28,235 nucleotides of DNA from a virus (Duplodnaviria; Caudoviricetes). The position numbers were made by a program, and so were the translations under genes. This document shows positions 16,724 through 25,700 of this stretch, piece after piece. Under the pieces are notes generated by a model. It was not told the DNA's origin and ran no database searches. It worked only from the letters and a program-made list of their open reading frames with translations. Position 1 is the first letter of the stretch, and each line of letters opens with the position of its first letter. The stretch covers positions 1 to 28,235 of the IMG/VR virus record IMGVR_UViG_3300020365_000100, one strand, 5' to 3'.

Positions 16724-19700
16724 TAGGTATAATTTAAATACTTAAGAGTATTGGTTCTTTGAACAATTGTTCCTGTAGTAATACCAGCAGATCCAGAATC
16801 AAGATATGCATTATATTCTTTGGACTTAGATCTTTCAGGTAGTGTAATTCTTCCCCAACTGTAGTTTCCATAGTAATTACTATTGCCAATTCCAGAAAGA
16901 CCATTGTAATCACCTACACTGACAGTTGCCTTAGCAACATATGTAAGTCCAATTCCTGGAGCATTAGTTTGACCAATAGAAACAGAGATCACTTCGTATA
17001 TATTATCTAAACATGTTGTTCCAACTCCAACTTGAGCACCTGTGCTATCCAACGAAGTAACACCATCACCAACGTTTGAATTGTAAACTGAGAGATAATA
17101 ACCAGATTGAATTCCACTGATAGTTGTTAATCCAACAACTGTAGTGTCTCTAAAGAAAGAATCTTCAGGGATATAGAGATCTAAAATAATACCAGTTGTC
17201 ACACCTACACTAGTAGTAGTTACACCAATAATAATTCCAGAATCCCCTTCATATGTAGTCACAGAATTTGATTCTTTAGTGAATGTTGGTGTTTCAATCA
17301 AGACAAGAGGAACTGATGTATAACCTGTTCCAGGCCCAGTCATCGTTATTGAAGTAACGATACCTGCAGTAATAGATGCTGTTGCAGATGCTCTCGTAGT
17401 CGTTCCCAATCCAACGGGATTTTGAATAGTGACAGTAGGAGCACTTACATAACCAATTCCACCATCAGAAATAACTACAGAAGAAATTGTTCCAAGTCCA
17501 GAAACAACGGCAGTTGCAGAAGCAGATACTTGAGTTTCCTGTGAAATGAATGTAACATTATTCTGGAAATCAAGACTTATATTATTCTCATTGATTGGAT
17601 TAAAGAATGGTCTAATGTTATCAACAGAAACTATAGTGGTTCCAACTCCAACTGGTTGAATTAGATAAGCAAATGGATTGATGCGAGGCTCATAGTGAAT
17701 TCTATCTTTGGCAACTTCTTTGCCGTTGATGATTCTATCTTCAGTTTGTCTACACCAGACTACAGGTCTGATCAATGTTTCATCTGCAGTATTTCCTGGT
17801 CCATAGTATGGATTTGTTGTGACAAAATCAGTAGAATTGATTTCAGAAACTGTTCTTGCAGTTTCTTGGAAAGTTGCAGGTTGTCCGATATATGAATCAT
17901 ATCCAATTGTTAGATCATCTCCAACCTTGACAGTTTCTAAAATATCAGTTTCACTAACATCAACTGATCCAGTTCCTCTATAGAAGAGAATCTTACAAGT
18001 GTCACCGACTTTAGGTGCTTCGGTGAAAGTAATTAAACTACCACCTTTGAATTGATATCCTTCGCCAGGAACTTGTAGAATGTCATTAACAAATACCAAT
18101 AGAGCATCTGCAACATTGATGTTTGATCCTTTTCCAGAATTAATAGAAACTAATTCTTCATTCGACTTCAGTGCAAACACAACAGTTTCGCCATCAAACA
18201 AGTCTTCAATATTATCAAGAACCTGAAGTTCTCCAATAGTCCAACCATTAAACTTATCGTTGAAAGTTTCCTGTATTGTGATTTGGAACTCATTAAATCC
18301 AGCAGAAGTAGGAATTCCAAGAGCGCCGCCAGTTGGAACTGTTAAAATATCACCAACGCCATAAGCGTATCCAGTATTTCTAATTTCAAAATCAATTACA
18401 CTAGATCCTTGTCCAACAACAATATCAATTTTGGCTTCAGTACCAACACCTGTAGAGGAAGAAGTGTAGTATAAAGGAATATCAGAGTATGAAAGTGGAT
18501 CATCAATTATCACATAAGGTGGATTTGAGGTTGTGTAACCAGTTCCTGGGTTTGTGATAGCAATACTAACAACATGACCATCAGTTACAGATGCTGTTCC
18601 GATGATTTCAACGTTTGGTGTGTCTGTAGAAGAAGTTGCTACAGATACATTAACTGTTGTTTGAATACCTGATCTGTATCCAGAACCACTGTTACCAATA
18701 CTAATTGCAGAGATAGTTCCTGCAGAAGAAACAGTTGCTGTTCCACCAGCAGCAACGAGTGGTTGATATCCAAATCCTTCAAATGAACCAACAGAAATAA
18801 TTACACCACCCAATGGAAGATTTGTACTATTTGCATCATAAGGTGCAGATGTTGCAGTTCCAGTGAAAGAAACTGTAGTGATTCCTGTACTTTCTTCCAA
18901 AGTATAATCATTTGATACTCCAGGACCTTGGAAAATATCATTGATCAAAATGATTGCATTTTCTGTTTTAATACCAGTTACATCTGATCCTGAAGCCTTA
19001 AGAGTAAAGTCACGATTTGTTCCATTAAACTGCTCAGAAACATCATCAAAAATGTAATTCTTATGATATGTCTCTTCAGTGGTGTTTGGAATTCCAGATC
19101 TCATGAAAGATCTTCCATGGAAACTTGAACTAGTTGAAATTCCAGTCCAATCTCTTTCATCTGGTGGATTTGTTACAGATCCAATAGGAATATTACCAAA
19201 AGGTGCTGCTGCAAAATTGATTTCATTATCTACGATATTATAGTTTCCTTCAATCTTAACAACTGTTGATCCAATGGAGTGTGCTTCAATATTAGTTCCC
19301 AACCAAGGTCTTCTAACTCTGATCGCGTTAGTAGTTCCAATACCAACACCTTCAATCTTCATTATTTCATTATCTACCCTAATCAAATCTCCACCAAAGA
19401 ATGATGTTATTCCAGAGAATGTAATTAGATTATCTAAAGCAGTAACAGGTGAAGCCAATACTGTAGTTAATGCTGTAGATACAATAGGAGATTGAAGAAG
19501 ATTATCAATTGTTACAATGACTTTTGCATTTTGATTATTTGCAACAAATCTATGAGATGTTCCAATACCAACACTTGTAATATCAAATGTGACTGGAGTT
19601 GCTTTCAATGCGTTTTCTGCAGTTGATGCAAGTTCTAAAGTATTTTCATTGATCTTGACTGCATATAATTCATTTGGTAGTTTGTCTGTAACTCCAATTC

Positions 19701-22700
19701 CAGGAACAGTTGTGGATGCAATTTGAATTGCTTGAGTTGATCCAGCACCAGCATAGTGATAATTTAACTTCTCTCCAGTTACAAAGTAGTGATTTGGAAT
19801 TGTAACAGAATTAGTGGTCGTATTGACCAATGAAGAGCTGCCATCAAAATATCTTTCAAAGATTGGGAAATTGTTGTGATTTAACGCAAACTTCCTCTTA
19901 ATATCAAATTCTGTTCCAGTGTAAACTCCCTCTCCAGTCTCAATAGTACCATTGTTAAAGTCCATGATATTAATATCACTATCTACGTGATATTGTGCAT
20001 TCATATAGACTTTAACTTGAACATCAATGCTTGGGTTTGGAGTGAATGTTAGTTGAACGTCTGTTCCAACTCTATTTGCGTCAAATGTTCCAAGATTAGA
20101 AGAAGTTTCTACGTTACCAAATTCAGTTATGTATGCATCAGTTCCATCATCAACAACAAGAATCTCAGACATTTGATACTCATTGTTTGTTTCATCTGCA
20201 ACTTGTGCAATGAAGTATGCTGTATCATAAGTATCAGAATATGATCCAACAACAGTAGCACTTGGCGAACCAGATGCTGAAATAGAAGTAGTCTTAGTTT
20301 CTAAGATTACTCTATCCATCGTGACAGTTCCTACTCCACTGGTTTCAGTATTTGCAATAGAAACTTGCATAGAATTGATTGTACATGCAACTCCCACTGC
20401 AGGAACAAAGTCTAACTTAATATTTGATCCATCAATATAAGAGTAATATGTTCCAAATCCAGTTACAGAATACATGGATGGATCTGTTGTGAGTTGGCCA
20501 TAATCAACCATTTCAACATCAGTTCCATTTGAGATGATATTAATCTCATCAAATTGATACTCTCCATCATCTTTAGTAATTTCAACAAGAACCTTATTGG
20601 TAGTATATGTTGATCCTAAAGAAACAATATTTGTTGTAGTTCCAGAACCAACTACTGTACTTGATGTGCTAACTAAAGATTCGCCAATAACAGTTGATCC
20701 AATAGAAAGAATCGAATCGTAAAGGTTATATGCAAGAACAGAAACATTAAAATCATTAACAAGGAACTTAGTTGGATAGAAATTAACAATCGCATCAGTT
20801 CCACTCATCGTCAAATCAAATGTTCCAATATCATATGAGGTGCTAACCTTACCATATTGATTCAAATATGCTTGAGACTTATCATTGACAATTGTCACAA
20901 GCATCAATTGACGCTCATTAAAGTATCTCTTATCTGCTACGTATGTAAACAGTTTTTGAGCTCTAATATTAGTTTTATCGTAGCGATATACTTCTGCATA
21001 ACGAGTTGGCCTTGGATTACTATTAAAAGTTCCACTAAAGTCATCAATATCAAGAACTCTATTACCTACTGATTCAAGATAATCATTGAGAATTCTATTT
21101 TCAAAAATAATTTCATCAGAGACTAATCTTGAAGAAACAACCAAAGAATTTTCTCTTACAAGATCAAAATCATATACACAGTTCAAATCAACAACACCAG
21201 TTACATCAACAACAACTTGAACATTTGTCAGTGCTGTAGACAACCCAACTGACATTCTAGTTGAAGAATCAGATTCAATTTGTAAGTCTGAGAATTTCTT
21301 AAATCCCGCAGTGTGATTCATCGAACTTACGACATCATCCCAACTATCATAATCAACTCTCGACTTCAAACTATATGAGAAGTTTTGGTAATAAATCCCA
21401 TCTTGAATTCTTTCAATATCGGAATTTAAGAATCCCACATTACTTTGCCATCCATTTTCAGTTCTTGCTGAAGATGCCAGATTTGCAGAACTAGAGAATT
21501 GAGTAACGTTAGATGCAATTGCTTGTGTTTTAGAAGTAACTCCAGTAATAACTTCGTCTTTCTTAAATGTATCTTTTGAAAGCACTTTCAGATATAGATT
21601 CTTGGGATCCCAATCATCAACAATACCACTTGGTACTGTATTAGACGAAACTACTTCACCCTCGATAAAATTATTTGTCTTCAACTGAATATTAAAGATT
21701 GGAAAATCTTTTTCTGGAATTATTCTTCCAGTAGAATTTGCCGCATCAAATGTTCCTGGGAATTCAGAACCTGTTAGTAAATTGCCCATGTTATAAGCAA
21801 CTGTAGCTCCAAGACCACCTAAGTTTTCATCTACAGCAACAATAGTAAACAAGGAATAATTATATTCTGATGAATTATATCCTTTTGCAGTTGTACTAAT
21901 ACCGGCACTGATATTTTCAATCATTACCTTATCATTCACTTTAATTGGGAATGAATCTGCTGTGCTAAATCCAACTGCTAAAGTGACTGTAACTTGATCA
22001 GTTGCACTGTTGTAATCAATATTAGAAATAGCAACACCATTTGGATTTTCTACTGGTAAAATCTTTGGAGTTACATCATTAATACCATAAGTGTTTCTAA
22101 CGATAGAAACCTGACTATCACCTGCTTCATATCTAATATCTGCTTCTGGAATTAACTCATTTGTTTTACCATCAAAAACTAATAGTTTTGGTGAGATAGT
22201 ATATCCCTTTCCGAAAGAAGAAATGCCAATAAAATCAAATGATGATAATGGAGATGCCTTTATAATTTGTGGAAGTAATGTTGAAGGTCTCAGTGTATAA
22301 TCTGAAGGGAAATTATATCCAATATCATTAACAGTTACATTCTTTGGTCTACCAATAGTTTTTCCTTCAACTTCAACAACAGCCTCACTTCCTGTGGAAG
22401 AAGTTATGGTCGTAATACCAGGAAGATCTGTATATCCAAATCCTTTATTTGTGACTTTAATATCAAAAATGGGCCCAGATGCAGATAATGAATCTGTAGT
22501 ATATGATAAAGAAGAAATTCCTGAAGAGTATGATGATCTTTCGGGTTCTTCACTTAAAGTGTAAGTAAATGATTGAGTTCCATCAATAATTATTTGATGT
22601 TCCCCATTATACTCACTTTCTACAATATCAATCTGACCATATCCAATAAATGATCTATCAACAACAACTTCCTGCTTGGTTGGGGGAATATTACTATCAA

Positions 22701-25700
22701 ATACTGGTTCTAATCTATAATAAAGTTTTTCTGGAAGATCATCAGAAATTCTTACACTAATTTGAGCGTTAGTAGAAACTCCTATTGTGCCAGTTTTTTG
22801 AACATCAAAGTTACGTTCTATCTTAGTAGTTTCAAATAGATCAGTAAATTCAGGATCAGTATAAAGATTGAAATCAAATGCAGGATAGTCAGTGAAAGAG
22901 AACTGATATCCCAAAGATGAATCAGTCAGATCAAAGTTTAGAGTAGAATCTTTATAAACAACAATATTTGGATTTACTAAAGAAATGTTTCCAGAAGATG
23001 TACTCGTTAAATCAACAACCTGTGGATTTTGACTCTGTGCAGCAAAAAGAGTTTCAGTTAACTGAATATTATTCTTATCAAATGATACAACATAGTAAGT
23101 TTTTTCATCTACCAATCCACCTGCAGATGTAGTTGCTGTATGTAAAACTTTTTGTCCAGTTTTAAATCTATGATTGTCAATTTGAATAGTGTTTGATGTA
23201 GTATTAACCCCAGCAAACGATCTAGTATCAGAAATTAAAACTCTATTGTAATCATTATACTCAATTGAATGTGTAGTGGATATGCCAGAATTTACATCGA
23301 CTTTAACATAATCATTATTTGATAGTCCGTGAGTTTGAGAAGTTGAGACAGTTACAATATTTCTGGAAATTTTTCCTGTAACTGGGGTATATCTAGTACT
23401 AAAACTATGATATGTGTTAGTTCCCAACCCAGTAAAGAACAGTGTTCCAATAGAACTAGTAGTCGTAGATATTCCAACAAATCCACCTGCTGTATCTAAA
23501 CCAACTCTTACAGTTGAAAGACCAATTAAATCATCAGAAACTTTTGCAACATATAAAATTGATTGATCTGAAAGAGTTACGCTTGTAGAAATGCCATCAG
23601 GAGAAACTTCAAGTACACTTCCTCCATTTGGAGAATATGTTAGTGCTTCTCCAGTAATAAATCCATGTGATGGCAAGAATAGAGTTTTTGTTGGCACAAA
23701 GATCTCAGAAACTCCTGTTCCTGGATTTGATATGCTCAAAGTAACACCAATACCCAATCCAGCAGTTGTTCCCAAGCCTACAGATTCGACAGGATTGAAA
23801 TACAGTTCTCTATTTACTTTGTAATCATAATCACTTCTAAATCCAACACTAAATGTTAGTTTTCTTGGATTTTCATAAATTGTTTCACTAATTGTATGTG
23901 CTACACCAGCAGTTCCATCAATTTCACGTAAAACTCTCAATCTAGAATTTTTTTGATCGACATTAAGGACTTTTAGTTTTTCATCTGAAATTTGGATAAT
24001 ATCATTCTCTCTAATTGAGTTAAATGTTAGATTTCCCGCAACAGTAATAAAAGTTGCTATTCCAGTATTTGCAACAATGTCTAAACCTACTGTAGAAGAT
24101 CCAACACCAACTAAGAACAATGCATTAGAAGATATTCCAGCAACACGAGATCCCTCAATCTTTGATGAAGCAGTGCTTAATCCAGAAACAACAATATTGT
24201 CTTTATTTCTTAGATTATGTGGCGAATTGAAATATGCAATATAGTCATTTTTTCCATTTCCAGGATAGAATTCAATATCACTAAAATTAGTTGAAGCAAC
24301 ACTGATTGAACTTACATCACTTCCAAAAAGTCTTGAAACTTTAGCAGCTGCACCATTTCCAATCGTATTCCCATTAATATCTCTATTATCAAATACTAAT
24401 CGATCATTAACTCTATAGTTATTTCCTCCAATTGAAACTTTAACATCATCAATATTGCCAGGATTTGTATTTTTGATGGTAAATGTTTGATCTAAATCAT
24501 TTGGAAGATCAAAATAATCATAATAGAATTGTCCATCACCAGTATTATAATATTCTACATTTCTCATCCACTCTGTTTCATTTAAATTATACTCATTTTG
24601 AGTTGAGGATGACTTGAAGTTAAAATCGTTTGGTTTTGATCTAAACGAATTGCCAATTAAGTATGGAAATTCTGGCCTTCTATAATTTGCAAAAGTTCCC
24701 CTTGAATCAGCACTAATTGAGTTTACTGTTGCAAAATATGCATAAGTTCCATTAGGGAAGTCTGGAGTTATGCAAAATCTTCCATTATTTTCATCAAGAA
24801 CAGAATCATCATCCAAATCAAAGTGTGTGTAATCTTCAATGAAGAAACCTTCTTGGAAATATGTCAAAGATGGTCTATTATCTTTCAAATCAATCTTATA
24901 ACCACTCTTCATCAGAGTTATAGAACCACCATCTCTATTGGAATATGCATATGGTCCATAAATTGGATTTCCATCATAAGCCCAACCAATTATTGGAGAG
25001 TGGTCTGTAGATAAATTCTCAACATTACCAGTTTTTTCCAAATCTTTTTTGGAATGGAGGAAATCTCCATCTTGATTAATTGGATATACTCTTTCTCTTA
25101 GTTTTCTTGGAGCATAAAGGTGAGTAAATTGCAATCCATCTTTTGAATCAACAATAAACCCATCATCAGAAGATATTACATCAAAGTGTTTTTTAACTCT
25201 ATCAACATTCCAATTTTGAATTTGAGCATCACCTATAAAACCAGTTCCAGCATTGGAAACAGTTAGTGTGGTTGTACTTTGATTGTACCCAGTTCCACCA
25301 GAAACTACCTTGACTGATGTTATCTGTCCATTTTCAATAATTGGAGTAAGTGCTGCACCAAAACCATCTCCCTCCAAAATTAGATCTGGAGTTGAGTAAT
25401 AACCAGATCCAGCATTATTTACTAGAACTTCAACAACTTGACCATTTGATACAATTGGGTTCAAAAGAGCATTAGAACCTTGACTTAAAGTAATATTTGG
25501 TTTTCTGTTGTAGTTTAGTGTTTGATCAGAACCAAAATTAGATCCTTTTGCACTTAGATGTATAGATTGAATCGAACCTCTGAATATTGGTCTAATTTCA
25601 GCTCTAAATTCCTCAAGACCTATTGATGAAATGCCAATATTACCCAATACACGTACAGAAATGTCTGGATAATTGAATGAGTGTAATCCATCTCCTTGAG

